Source of the DNA: Oscillospiraceae bacterium | Lineage (GTDB): Bacteria > Bacillota > Clostridia > Oscillospirales > Oscillospiraceae | Reading direction: 5' to 3' | NCBI GenBank assembly: GCA_022779345.1 | Contig: JALFTG010000027.1 | Span: forward strand, 10,275 to 74,274 | DNA: 64,000 nt | Part shown: positions 9,041 through 17,327 of the stretch, one piece after another | Layout of the letters: each line of letters begins with the position of its first letter | Numbering within the stretch: position 1 is the stretch's first letter | Notes under the pieces: generated by a model | What the model was told of the DNA's origin: nothing | Seen by the model: only the letters and a program-made list of their open reading frames with translations | The model's database searches: none | Program-made: the position numbers and the translations under genes

Positions 9041-9535
9041 TCATTCCCCTCTCTCAATGGCGATCACATAGCCGGTGCCGGCGTAGCAGGGGCCGGTCAC
9101 ATGGACCTGGGTGCCCACGGTGACGACGAAGCCGCTGTCCGTGGTCAGGCTGCTGCCGGAGGTGTTCATGCCGGACTCGATGGTGATGATCACATTCTCA
9201 TACCGGTCCAGGGGGGCATTTTTCACCTCGCCGGTGCTCTCGTCCGCCACCTGATAGGTATAGGGCGCGGCCTGGGCGGACACGACCTTGCCCATGGCGT
9301 AGTTCCGGGCGCCGTCGGACACGCTGTCCCCCGGCTGGATCAGTTCCGCCGTTCCGGCGGGCAGCTGCTGCAGTTCCACGGTGTACTGCATCACGGTGCC
9401 GGACGAGGCAGTGTTGTCCGCCGCGGTTCTGGACGGGCGGAAGACGAGAATCACCGCCGCGGCCGCCAGGATCACCACCGCCAGGATGATGATATCAAAG
9501 ATGCTGATTTTCAGCTTTTTCTTTTCCGGTTCCAT
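9041..9535 (-). CDS. DUF4330-like membrane-anchored protein
   Basis: MEPEKKKLKISIFDIIILAVVILAAAAV...; same architecture as 8560-9036. Confidence 0.7.
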   Translation of the reverse strand: MEPEKKKLKISIFDIIILAVVILAAAAVILVFRPSRTAADNTASSGTVMQYTVELQQLPAGTAELIQPGDSVSDGARNYAMGKVVSAQAAPYTYQVADESTGEVKNAPLDRYENVIITIESGMNTSGSSLTTDSGFVVTVGTQVHVTGPCYAGTGYVIAIERGE

Positions 9536-9537
9536 AT

Positions 9538-10650
9538 TCAGACCTCCAGTACTTTGTCATAAACCGCTTCCACATTCCGGGCGAAGATCTCGCCGGTGAA
9601 GCGCTGGGAATAGATTTCTCCGGCCCGCCGGCCCATGCGGTGCAGGGTGTCCGGGTCGTCCATGAGCTGTGCGATTTTTGCCGCCAGGTCGGCGCTGTCC
9701 TGATTGGTGAACAGCAGCCCGTCGTCCCCGTCGTCGATGACCCAGGGATTCCCGGCGCAGTTGCTGACCACGGCGGGCAGGCCCATGCTCAGCCCCTCCA
9801 GCACCGACAGGCTGGAGGTCTCCGTCACATAGGAGGCGTTCAGCTGCAGGTCCAGCAGGGACAGAAAGCGGTCGATCTCCGTGACCAGACCGAAAAACCG
9901 CACCCAGGGGTCCAGCCCCATCTCATGGCACAGGGCCTTCACTTCTTCCTCATATCCGCCGGTGCCGCCCACCAGCAGATACACCTCCCGGCCCTGATCC
10001 CGGAGGAGCCGCAGGGCTTCCAGAATGTACCGGTGGCCCTTGTATTCCTCGATCCGGGCCAGAATGCCGGTGACGAAGGCGTTGTCCGGGATGCCGTAAG
10101 CTTTCCGCAGGGCGGCGCATTCCGACGCGTCCAGGCGGGGGACCGGCTCCACGCCGTTCATCATGGTGTCGATCATCTCCGGGTCGATGCCCCCCTCCAG
10201 GAGATTCACCCGGGAGGCTTCGCTGACGGCGATGATCCGGTCGGCGAACAGCTCGTTCACGGTTTTGTACACGAACCGGCCCAATCCTTTCTGCATCCGG
10301 GGGGACAGGGGAAAGGCGGAATGCCGGGTGTAGACGATTTTTGCCCCGGTGCCCCGGGCGGCGATCCGGCCGGACATGGCCCCGTGGGTGTGGACAATGG
10401 CGGGCTTTTCCGCCCGGATGATCTTCCGCAGCGCCCGGATGCCGGTCAGGGACAGGGACTGTTCTCCCAGCCCGTCCGCCTCGATGACGGGGACGCCCAG
10501 CGCCTGCACCTGGGGGGCCAGCAGGCTGTCATGGGGCAGGACCACCTTCACCTCAAACCGGGAGCGGTCGTAGTATTTCAGAAAATTCAGCAGGCACCGC
10601 CCGGCGCCGCCGATGTTGGTGTCGCTGATGACATTCAGGACTTTTATCAT
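9538..10650 (-). CDS. family 4 glycosyltransferase
   Basis: MIKVLNVISDTNIGGAGR..., an EEYKGH region and ETSSLSVLEGLSMGLPAV (E-x7-E). ATGA overlap with the upstream gene. Confidence 0.85.
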   Translation of the reverse strand: MIKVLNVISDTNIGGAGRCLLNFLKYYDRSRFEVKVVLPHDSLLAPQVQALGVPVIEADGLGEQSLSLTGIRALRKIIRAEKPAIVHTHGAMSGRIAARGTGAKIVYTRHSAFPLSPRMQKGLGRFVYKTVNELFADRIIAVSEASRVNLLEGGIDPEMIDTMMNGVEPVPRLDASECAALRKAYGIPDNAFVTGILARIEEYKGHRYILEALRLLRDQGREVYLLVGGTGGYEEEVKALCHEMGLDPWVRFFGLVTEIDRFLSLLDLQLNASYVTETSSLSVLEGLSMGLPAVVSNCAGNPWVIDDGDDGLLFTNQDSADLAAKIAQLMDDPDTLHRMGRRAGEIYSQRFTGEIFARNVEAVYDKVLEV

Positions 10651-12086
10651 GCTCCGGCCTCCTCTCTGTGCAGCTTCGTGAACAGCAGATAGATGCCCAG
10701 AAAGCCCCAGAACATGAACATGACCCGGTAATTATAAAAGGTATAGTCGAACATGCTCTGGACCATGAAGCCCGCCAGGGCGGCGATGCCCGCGGTCTGG
10801 AACATCCGGTTTTCCCGGCAGGTCTCGTTCTGCACGGCGGTGGCCAGGGTCCGCACGGCGGAGAACACGATGACCACGATGAGCACCAGCCCGCAGATGC
10901 CCGTGTCCGCCATGATCTGGAGGAACAGGTTGTGGGCATGGGACGCGGAGGCCGCGCCGTAGGCATAGGTGCCGTAGAGCTTGTTGAAGGCCGCCTGTCC
11001 CGGTCCCACGCCGCAGAACCAGAATTCCCGGAGCATGGCGATGGAGCCCATCCAGATGCTCACCCGGTAAGAGGTGGAGGAGTCGCTCATGTCGCCGATG
11101 CTGGTCAGCCGGGCCATGATGGAATCGGGCAGGACGAAGGGAGCCGCGATGAGCACCGCCACACCCACCAGAATGAACCGCCGGTCATACATGACCATGA
11201 AGATGGCGGCGGCCAGACAGATGCCCAGCCAGCAGCCCCGGGAATAGGTGAGCACCATGCACAGCATCATGATGCCGAAGCACCCGGCCCAGATGATCCG
11301 CTGGAACCAGGTCTTTGCCGAAAACAGGAAGCCCACGCACAATGGGATCACCAGCAGGAAGTATTCTCCCAGCACATTGGGGTTTTCCAGGGTGGAGTAC
11401 ACCCGGAAGCCGATGGAGAACATATCCTCGTCCACCCAGGCGCCGATGCGAAGGCCGCTGGGATTCAGGAACTGGAGAATGCCGTACAGGGCCACGGCCA
11501 CGCCCGCAAACACCAGAATGCCCGACAGGACCTTCAGCTGTTTATAGGTGGTGACGCTGTTGGTCAGCAGGATGAAGAACAGGGAAAAGGCGCAGAACAT
11601 AGCGCTGACCTTCAGACTGGCCGCCGGCGTCACGGAAGTGAACGCGGAGACCAGATACACGAAGGCGAAGCAGTAGACATACTTGTTCACCGGGAAGAAC
11701 ACCAGCTTCCGCTCCCCGTCACACCCGAAGGTGAGGGCCAGGGAACACACCGTCACCAGCACCAGGGCCAGCACCCCCATGGTGGGGGCCGCCGGGGCCG
11801 CCGCCAGGGCCAGTCCCGCCCACAGCACCGGCTTCCGGAATACGCTGTGTTCCGTGATCCGGTCCAGATGCAGGAAACAGCACAGTTTGTTCAGCAGCCG
11901 GTGGAGCAGGCAGAACAGCCGGTAGAAGATACTCTCCCGGGACCGGTCCTCCCGGCCGGGCTGCCGGAGAAACCACCCGATGATGGGGCTGCGCTGCCAC
12001 TGCCGGGAAAACCACCCGGCGATCACGGCGAGGATGTGATAGATCAGGCTCTGCTGGACGCTTCCGATGATAAAACCGTAATTCAT
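10647..12086 (-). CDS. O-antigen ligase / Wzy-like polytopic membrane protein
   Basis: Start at MNYGFIIG, preceded by AAAGGAGGG. About 10 or more hydrophobic segments. The upstream 125 codons of the track ORF are antisense to crcB and were rejected. Confidence 0.75.
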   Translation of the reverse strand: MNYGFIIGSVQQSLIYHILAVIAGWFSRQWQRSPIIGWFLRQPGREDRSRESIFYRLFCLLHRLLNKLCCFLHLDRITEHSVFRKPVLWAGLALAAAPAAPTMGVLALVLVTVCSLALTFGCDGERKLVFFPVNKYVYCFAFVYLVSAFTSVTPAASLKVSAMFCAFSLFFILLTNSVTTYKQLKVLSGILVFAGVAVALYGILQFLNPSGLRIGAWVDEDMFSIGFRVYSTLENPNVLGEYFLLVIPLCVGFLFSAKTWFQRIIWAGCFGIMMLCMVLTYSRGCWLGICLAAAIFMVMYDRRFILVGVAVLIAAPFVLPDSIMARLTSIGDMSDSSTSYRVSIWMGSIAMLREFWFCGVGPGQAAFNKLYGTYAYGAASASHAHNLFLQIMADTGICGLVLIVVIVFSAVRTLATAVQNETCRENRMFQTAGIAALAGFMVQSMFDYTFYNYRVMFMFWGFLGIYLLFTKLHREEAGA

Positions 12087-12171
12087 CCAAACCCTCCTTT
12101 GCAATTTGAAAAATACATGGAAAAACCCGCCATGCCGGTATATAATGTCCCCAAAAGGGGGATGTGTCGAA

Positions 12172-12540
12172 ATGTGGAAACTGCTTTGTGTGGGCGCCGG
12201 AGGCTTTCTCGGCTCCGTGTGCCGGTATCTGCTGGGGCTGCTGCCCGTGGGGACCTCCGGGGGCTTCCCGGTGAAAACCTGGGGCATCAACATCCTGGGC
12301 GCCTTCGTCATCGGCATGGTGACCACCATCGCCGCCCGGAACCAGGCCCTGGACTCCGGCTGGACCCTGTTTCTGAAAGCGGGGGTGTGCGGCGGGTTCA
12401 CCACCTTCTCCACCTTTGCCTTTGAGACGGCGGACCTCCTCCAGCGGGGCAGCACCGGCACGGCGCTGGTCTATGCCCTGTCCAGCATGGTGCTGGGCGT
12501 CCTGGCAGTATTTGCCGCCTCCTGGCTGTTCCGGGCATAA
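12172..12540 (+). CDS. crcB: fluoride ion channel CrcB
   Basis: MWKLLCVGAGGFLGSVCRY...GVCGGFTTFSTF. Confidence 0.85.
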   Translation: MWKLLCVGAGGFLGSVCRYLLGLLPVGTSGGFPVKTWGINILGAFVIGMVTTIAARNQALDSGWTLFLKAGVCGGFTTFSTFAFETADLLQRGSTGTALVYALSSMVLGVLAVFAASWLFRA

Positions 12541-12671
12541 GACTCGCTGACATCTTATCATATCAGAAAATGCCCCGTTTGTAAATCCGGGAAAGGGGCG
12601 ATCCCTTTTAACTTAATGTGTTGGTTTTAGGCTTTTGGAAAATCCTTCGTCGAAATGACGGAAAAGGGCAT

Positions 12672-12712
12672 AAGAAAAGGCACCCTAAGATTTTGAAATC
12701 TTGTGGTGCCTT
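12672..12712 (-). terminator. terminator of the low-GC lipoprotein gene
   Basis: AAGGCACC..hairpin..GGTGCCTT followed by a T-rich run on the minus strand. Confidence 0.6.
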
Positions 12713-12717
12713 CGTCA

Positions 12718-13491
12718 TTATTTTACACGAACTCCATTCAGTGAAATGCCTTCAACTGTATACTCTGTGCCGTTGGCAATAAACCAAACGGAGAAAAGAA
12801 TATCATCTTTTACCCCAAACCCATTTTTAGCAGTTACCTTACCTAAAATTTGATATTTCTCATCACTACGACCTATTTTCCAATCAAGTGCGCCAAAATC
12901 AGCAGTATCAGGATAATTTAAATACTGTTTCACAGCACTTGTTGCCAATGACTGCAACTCTCCATACACTTCAAGTGTAACTTCTTTTTCGGGGACATGA
13001 ACATCTGAATAATTTTTTAGAAATCCTCCATTTTCACTGTCATACAAATCTTCACCACTGAACCCAGCGTAAAACAGCACACCATCTTCAGTTGTAAAGA
13101 AGAACCGTCTATCCTTATCAGTATATCCATTTGGATAGCAGACTACGGAATTAAGTCCGCTCTCTGCTTCACCAGTCATACTCTCAATCTCAATCTCGGT
13201 TATGCCTACAGTATTCAAAATTTCCTGTATAGCACTTGCGTGATCAATACTGTATCCTGTAGCTATCAATGTATCAGTAACTGTGCTGTCAATTTGCTCC
13301 AAGTCACTCAGGGGTTCCGTTGGGACAATAAATGCTCCATTATCTTTGTTAGAGTTGGTTTCTACATCATTTGATGATGTAGAAGCACTGTTTCCTGCAT
13401 TATCTTTATTCTTTTGACCATCTGATGCGTCGCAAGCACATAAGGACAAAAGCATTGCTAATGCTACACCGTATACAGCCAATTTTTTCAT
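12718..13491 (-). CDS. lipoprotein, function unknown (low-GC gene)
   Basis: MKKLAVYGVALAMLLSLCAC lipobox. The gene is visibly AT-rich compared with its flanks. Confidence 0.7.
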   Translation of the reverse strand: MKKLAVYGVALAMLLSLCACDASDGQKNKDNAGNSASTSSNDVETNSNKDNGAFIVPTEPLSDLEQIDSTVTDTLIATGYSIDHASAIQEILNTVGITEIEIESMTGEAESGLNSVVCYPNGYTDKDRRFFFTTEDGVLFYAGFSGEDLYDSENGGFLKNYSDVHVPEKEVTLEVYGELQSLATSAVKQYLNYPDTADFGALDWKIGRSDEKYQILGKVTAKNGFGVKDDILFSVWFIANGTEYTVEGISLNGVRVK

Positions 13492-13601
13492 CCAAACTCC
13501 CTCCGGTTCTTTGATGATATTTTAAGTATAGCATCATCAAAAGAATTTGTCGAGAAGTATAAGCAAGGCACAGAAGGCGGTTGACCTCTGTGCCTTGTAT
13601 T

Positions 13602-13850
13602 TTATTTGCGTTCCCTGATTACGGACTCAATGATTGCGATTTCATCTGGTGTCAGTCCATATTTCTGGTATAACTCTTGGTCGGTAAACTTTGCTTACAA
13701 TCCACTTCATTGGTATATCAACTTCTCCCATGTATCCCGAAAAGAAGTGCACCCCGTCATTTTTTACAGGTATATAAGCTGGCTGATATGGATTTTTGGA
13801 CAGGTTTTGGTAAAATCGCCGGAGTTTAGACCACCAACATTTTAAGTTAA
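13602..13850 (-). pseudogene. frameshifted 3' remnant of a larger gene, restriction-modification-like tail
   Basis: One frame ends ..DQELYQKYGLTPDEIAIIESVIRERK*, the LY.(K/L)YGLT.(D/E)EI..IE tail common in R-M methylases and endonucleases. The upstream part (..IPVKNDGVHFFSGYMGEVDIPMKWIVSKVY) is in another frame and is cut off at the A-family repeat. Confidence 0.35.
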
Positions 13851-13932
13851 TTGGGACAAGGGGCGCATCAGACTTCTCAACAAAACCCGGCGCAGGGGGC
13901 GTATGCCCCCCCTGCGCCGGGTCAACTTGACG

Positions 13933-14100
13933 AAAAAGCTTCGCAGAATTTGCGCCGAATGGCGCAAACAAATCAAATCTGTTTTTTTGTGCGGCTTTGC
14001 TGTGCAAAAAAACACTTCTCGGCCGGCGCAGTGTGCCCGAAGGGTGCATGGAGCGGCCGCAAAGTCTCTGTCGAAAAGCCCCAAAGGGGTTTTTCGACAG
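13933..14100. repeat. A-family repeat, copy 2 (+), bracketed by related hairpins at 13885-13922 and 14105-14140
   Basis: About 95% identical to copy 6 across the shared blocks. Terminal hairpin CTGTCGAAAAGCCCCAAAGGGGTTTTTCGACAG. Confidence 0.85.
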
Positions 14101-14104
14101 ACTC

Positions 14105-14140
14105 ACCCGGCGCGGGGAGTGTACGCTCCCCGCGCCGGGC
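14105..14140 (-). terminator. GC-rich hairpin downstream of greA and the small ORF
   Basis: ACCCGGCGCGGGGAG-TGTAC-GCTCCCCGCGCCGGGC. Confidence 0.5.
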
Positions 14141-14143
14141 GTC

Positions 14144-14218
14144 TTATTTCATCATCAGATTCATCACGCCGGAGATGCCGTTGAACACGCCGATCAGACG
14201 ATTGTCCGGTTTTTTCAT
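14144..14218 (-). CDS. candidate 24-aa small ORF (MKKPDNRLIGVFNGISGVMNLMMK)
   Basis: ATG lies 7 nt after GAGGAGGAG, 12 nt downstream of the greA stop, and is followed by the 14105-14140 hairpin. Too short for the ORF track. Confidence 0.3.
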   Translation of the reverse strand: MKKPDNRLIGVFNGISGVMNLMMK

Positions 14219-14230
14219 CGCGTCTCCTCC

Positions 14231-14734
14231 TCAGTACCGGCTGATGGGCAGATCCTCGTCATCGGTGCCTTTTTCGATTTTGATGATCCTGGCGTCATAG
14301 CCATATTTCTCGTTCACCTGAATGTGCACGGCGTCCCCCACCTTGTGACCCATGAGGGCGGCGCCCACGGGGGATTCCTTACTGATCAGTCCCTCCAGGG
14401 GGTTCTGCCGCAGGGTGGTCACGATGCGGAACACGGATTCCTCGTTCTCGTCCTCCATGAATACCGTCACCGTGTCGAACAGGCCCACCTCGTCGGCTTT
14501 GGAGGTGTCCTCAATGACCACGGCGGTGCGGATCATATTCTCCAGATAGCGGATGCGGCTGTCGTTGTGGTTCTTCTCCCGCTTGGCGGCCTTGTACTCG
14601 AAGTTCTCCGACAGATCCCCGAAGCCCCGGGCGATCTTGACTTCTTCGATCAGCTTGGGCCGCAGCTCGTTCCGGCGGTATTCCACCTCGGCCTGCATCT
14701 TTTCAATATCCACTTTTGTCAGTTCGTCATGCAC
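14231..14734 (-). CDS. greA: transcription elongation factor GreA
   Basis: ..ARGFGDLSENFEYKAAKRE.. coiled-coil plus C-terminal FKBP-like domain. GTG start preceded by AGGAGGG. Confidence 0.9.
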   Translation of the reverse strand: MHDELTKVDIEKMQAEVEYRRNELRPKLIEEVKIARGFGDLSENFEYKAAKREKNHNDSRIRYLENMIRTAVVIEDTSKADEVGLFDTVTVFMEDENEESVFRIVTTLRQNPLEGLISKESPVGAALMGHKVGDAVHIQVNEKYGYDARIIKIEKGTDDEDLPISRY

Positions 14735-14850
14735 GGTCCGTCCCTCCTGTTGTCTGGAAGTGTATCACGATTTTCCCGGAACCGCAAGGGGCGGAACCGG
14801 GAAAAAAGAGAAAGCGCCGGCAGGACACCGGCGCTTTTCACGAACAGTCT

Positions 14851-15393
14851 TTACTGAAAATTGTAAGTAGCGGTGAAGATGTGATCTTCCAGATCGTCAT
14901 ACAGGAAGCTGCCGTCGATCTCCACGGTGACCGGCGTCTGGGTGTCCTTCAGCGCATAGAACAGGTACACATCCAGGGACTCGCCGTCCGCCACGACCGT
15001 CATGGGCGTCGCACTCAGATCCTCTCCGGTTTCGTTCCAGACCCCGTCGGGCAAATCCTTGCTGGAAACCATCTCCAGCTGCTCACTGCCCTGGGTCACG
15101 GTCTCATGGCAATCGGTCATATAGGTCAGATCATACCCGGACTGGTTGGTCATGGTGAACTGCACGCGCAGGATGGGATTGCCGTTGGCATCCTCCCGGA
15201 CGGCAAACTGGATCAGACCGGACTCCTCCTGGGCTTCCGGTGTGGATTTCTCCTGGGGATCGGCCTGCTGGGTCGTTTCCGGGGATGCTGTGGGGTCATC
15301 CGGTGCGTCCGTTTCTTCCGCATCGGCTCCGCCGCAGGCGGCCAGACACAGGGTCAGGCAGACGGCCAGCAGCATGGACATGAATTTTTTCAT
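14851..15393 (-). CDS. lipoprotein, function unknown
   Basis: MKKFMSMLLAVCLTLCLAAC lipobox. Confidence 0.7.
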   Translation of the reverse strand: MKKFMSMLLAVCLTLCLAACGGADAEETDAPDDPTASPETTQQADPQEKSTPEAQEESGLIQFAVREDANGNPILRVQFTMTNQSGYDLTYMTDCHETVTQGSEQLEMVSSKDLPDGVWNETGEDLSATPMTVVADGESLDVYLFYALKDTQTPVTVEIDGSFLYDDLEDHIFTATYNFQ

Positions 15394-15489
15394 AATCAGG
15401 CCTTCTTAAAAAGATTTTCCGGGGGTTCCCCCGGCGGTGAGCCATTATAGTCACGGCCGCCCGGAATGTCAAGATGGGATACTATAAAA

Positions 15490-15526
15490 TACAAAAATAA
15501 AACGGCATGATATAAGTCATGCCGTT
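15490..15526 (-). terminator. intrinsic terminator
   Basis: AAACGGCATGA-loop-TCATGCCGTTT followed by TATTTTTG on the minus strand. Confidence 0.7.
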
Positions 15527-15536
15527 TCTGTCTGTC

Positions 15537-16289
15537 TCAATGACTGCCGCAGCTGTGGGAGCCGCAGGCGTGGCCCTCCCCGTGACCGTCGTGATGGTCA
15601 CAGGTGGCGCCGGCGGTATAGGCCAGCTCTCCCGCCAGCAGGGCGGCCACCGCCCGGTCCGCATCGCCGGACACCCCGGCATAGAACCGGATGCCCGCTT
15701 CGGTCAGGGCCTGCTGGGCGCCGCCGCCGATGCCGCCGCAGATCAGCGTGTCCACCTGATGGGCCGCCAGAAATCCCGACAGGGCGCCGTGGCCGCTGCC
15801 GTTGGTGTCCACCACCCGGCTGGCCGCGACTTTGCCGTCGGCGATGTCATAGAGTTTGAACTGCTCCGTATGGCCGAAGTGCTGGAACACCTGGCCGTTT
15901 TCATAAGTGACTGCAATGGTTTTCATAGATGTTTCCTCCTGTTGACCCGGCTCCGGCGGCTGATACCGGCACCCCCGGCCCGGACAACCGGGCTGGGCAC
16001 CCTCGCACAACACATAATCTCCCCCCCGGAGCTGCAATTCCTTTCCGTTCACGAGACAGTCCGCCAGTTTGCCCCGGGCGCCGCTGTAGATGGCCTGCAC
16101 CGTGGTCCGGGCCACCCGCATCTGTCCCGCCGCCTCCTCCTGGGTCAGTCCCTCCAGATCGATGAGCCGGATGGTCTCAAACTCATCCAGCGTCATGACG
16201 ACGGCCTCCGCCACCCGGTCGTCCCGGGGACCGAAGGTCCGGCAGTCCGGCTCGGCGCAGATCCGCCGGCGTTTACAGGGCCTTGGCAT
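15537..16289 (-). CDS. DUF134 (UPF0251) DNA-binding domain fused to a NifB/NifX-type cofactor-binding domain
   Basis: MPRPCKRRRI...TLDEFETIRLIDLEGLTQEEAA (DUF134), then MKTIAVTYENGQVFQHFGHTEQFKLYD (NifX-like), with a His/Cys-rich tail. Confidence 0.8.
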   Translation of the reverse strand: MPRPCKRRRICAEPDCRTFGPRDDRVAEAVVMTLDEFETIRLIDLEGLTQEEAAGQMRVARTTVQAIYSGARGKLADCLVNGKELQLRGGDYVLCEGAQPGCPGRGCRYQPPEPGQQEETSMKTIAVTYENGQVFQHFGHTEQFKLYDIADGKVAASRVVDTNGSGHGALSGFLAAHQVDTLICGGIGGGAQQALTEAGIRFYAGVSGDADRAVAALLAGELAYTAGATCDHHDGHGEGHACGSHSCGSH

Positions 16290-16359
16290 AACTGTCTCCT
16301 CCGTTTTTGACTTATGTCATTAATCGAAGTATAGCAGACAGGACCGGAAATGTCAACGG

Positions 16360-16406
16360 TGGGAAAAACAAAAACTGACAGCACCGGGTATCCCGGTGCT
16401 GTCAGT
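16360..16406 (-). terminator. intrinsic terminator
   Basis: ACTGACAGCACCGGG-AT-CCCGGTGCTGTCAGT followed by TTTTTGTTTTT on the minus strand. Confidence 0.75.
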
Positions 16407-16410
16407 CTGT

Positions 16411-16860
16411 TCAGTTTTCGGCTGCTTTCCAATGGTCCAGCTCCGGTAGCTTTGCGGCAAAGTAGGCGCGGGCCTGCTCCGGGGGCCAGGTTTCGCCGGA
16501 CATATGCTCCACCAGAAAATCCGTCAGCTCCGCCAGACTGGTGTACACAAATTTTCCGTCGGCATAGCACCATTTGCAGTAGTCCTCGTTGAAGCTGCCG
16601 TCCGGCTCCCGGCTGAGGGAGGCGTCATCCAGCGGCATACCGCAGCACTGACAGATCAGCGTCCGGGGAGACCCCAGCAGCGTATTGATGGAGATGTCAA
16701 ACAGCATGGAGAGCCGCTTGAGGGTTTCCGTATTCGGCAGGGTTTCGCCGGTCTCCCAGCGGGAGACGGCCTGCCGGGTGACATAGAGCTTTTCCGCCAG
16801 CGCATCCTGAGAGAGGCCGTGCCGGGTCCGCAGTTCAAAAATAACATCCTTTGTATCCAT
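16411..16860 (-). CDS. XRE-family HTH regulator with C-terminal zinc-ribbon domain
   Basis: MDTKDVIFELRTRHGLSQDALAEKLYVTRQAVSRWETGE.. then CQCCGMPL...YCKWC. Confidence 0.75.
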   Translation of the reverse strand: MDTKDVIFELRTRHGLSQDALAEKLYVTRQAVSRWETGETLPNTETLKRLSMLFDISINTLLGSPRTLICQCCGMPLDDASLSREPDGSFNEDYCKWCYADGKFVYTSLAELTDFLVEHMSGETWPPEQARAYFAAKLPELDHWKAAEN

Positions 16861-16990
16861 ATCGCTCACCACCTTGCGGACAGTATACCATGGCAGCCAT
16901 GGAAAGCCAAGCAACACGCTGTTGCGGCGGGGAGAAACCTGTTATCCGGAAATAAGAAAAAGCAGCCGCCCGATGGGCAACTGCTTTTTC

Positions 16991-17067
16991 TGGTACGCCG
17001 TAAGGGATTCGAACCCCTGACCTTCTGGTCCGTAGCCAGACGCTCTATCCAGCTGAGCTAACGGCGC
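16991..17067 (-). tRNA. tRNA-Arg (anticodon ACG), CCA encoded
   Basis: Folded by hand as a cloverleaf. Anticodon loop CTACGGA, T-loop TTCGAAT, D-loop AGCTGGATA. Positions 1:72 form a G:U wobble. Confidence 0.9.
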
Positions 17068-17166
17068 ATACTCTCTTTAAGAGTGCTTTAGTATAATAGC
17101 ACAGCCGGATAGGGAATGCAAGCCTTTTTTTACAAAAATCCCAAAAATTATTTTTTCTGCCGCATG

Positions 17167-17321
17167 GCCTCGCAGAGTTCGCGTCCGCAGATGCGAAAAA
17201 AGTCCAATCCTTTTTTCCGGCAGCTTTGCCGCCGGAAAAACACTTCTCGGCCGCAAGTGTGCCCGCAGGGCGCACGCAGTCGGCCGCATCTCTCAATCAA
17301 GGGGCATCGCCCCTTGATTGA
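17167..17321. repeat. A-family repeat, copy 3 (+), divergent variant
   Basis: Keeps GCCTCGCAGAGTT, CACTTCTCGGCC and GGCCGCA. The central hairpin is changed to TTTTTCCGGC...GCCGGAAAAA (compensatory). Confidence 0.6.
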
Positions 17322-17327
17322 CTCTTT

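Noticed and set aside
6163-9123. 986-aa + strand ORF
   Set aside because: Antisense shadow of the GT4::CsaB and DUF4330 genes. The composition is Gly/Ala/Arg/His/Pro-rich low-complexity, there is no RBS, and no domain was recognised. Long stop-free antisense frames are expected in GC-rich DNA.
12087-12171. Possible fluoride riboswitch upstream of crcB
   Set aside because: I could not find the conserved crcB-motif elements (GGCGATG..., ...AACCGCC..., CTGATGATTCCT-like) in the 85-nt leader. Only a cmsearch could exclude it formally.
13606-13845. 79-aa + strand ORF in the low-GC islet
   Set aside because: It lies opposite the restriction-modification-like remnant, has no RBS and has an aromatic-rich nonsense composition typical of AT-rich antisense frames.
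13851-14300. ORFs running through A-family repeats (13851-14300, 13903-14184, 57609-57866, 48761-48955, 49796-49978 and others) as possible conserved small proteins
   Set aside because: The reading frame is not conserved between copies; indels and the variable hairpins shift frames. The conservation pattern is structural (paired stems), not codon-like.
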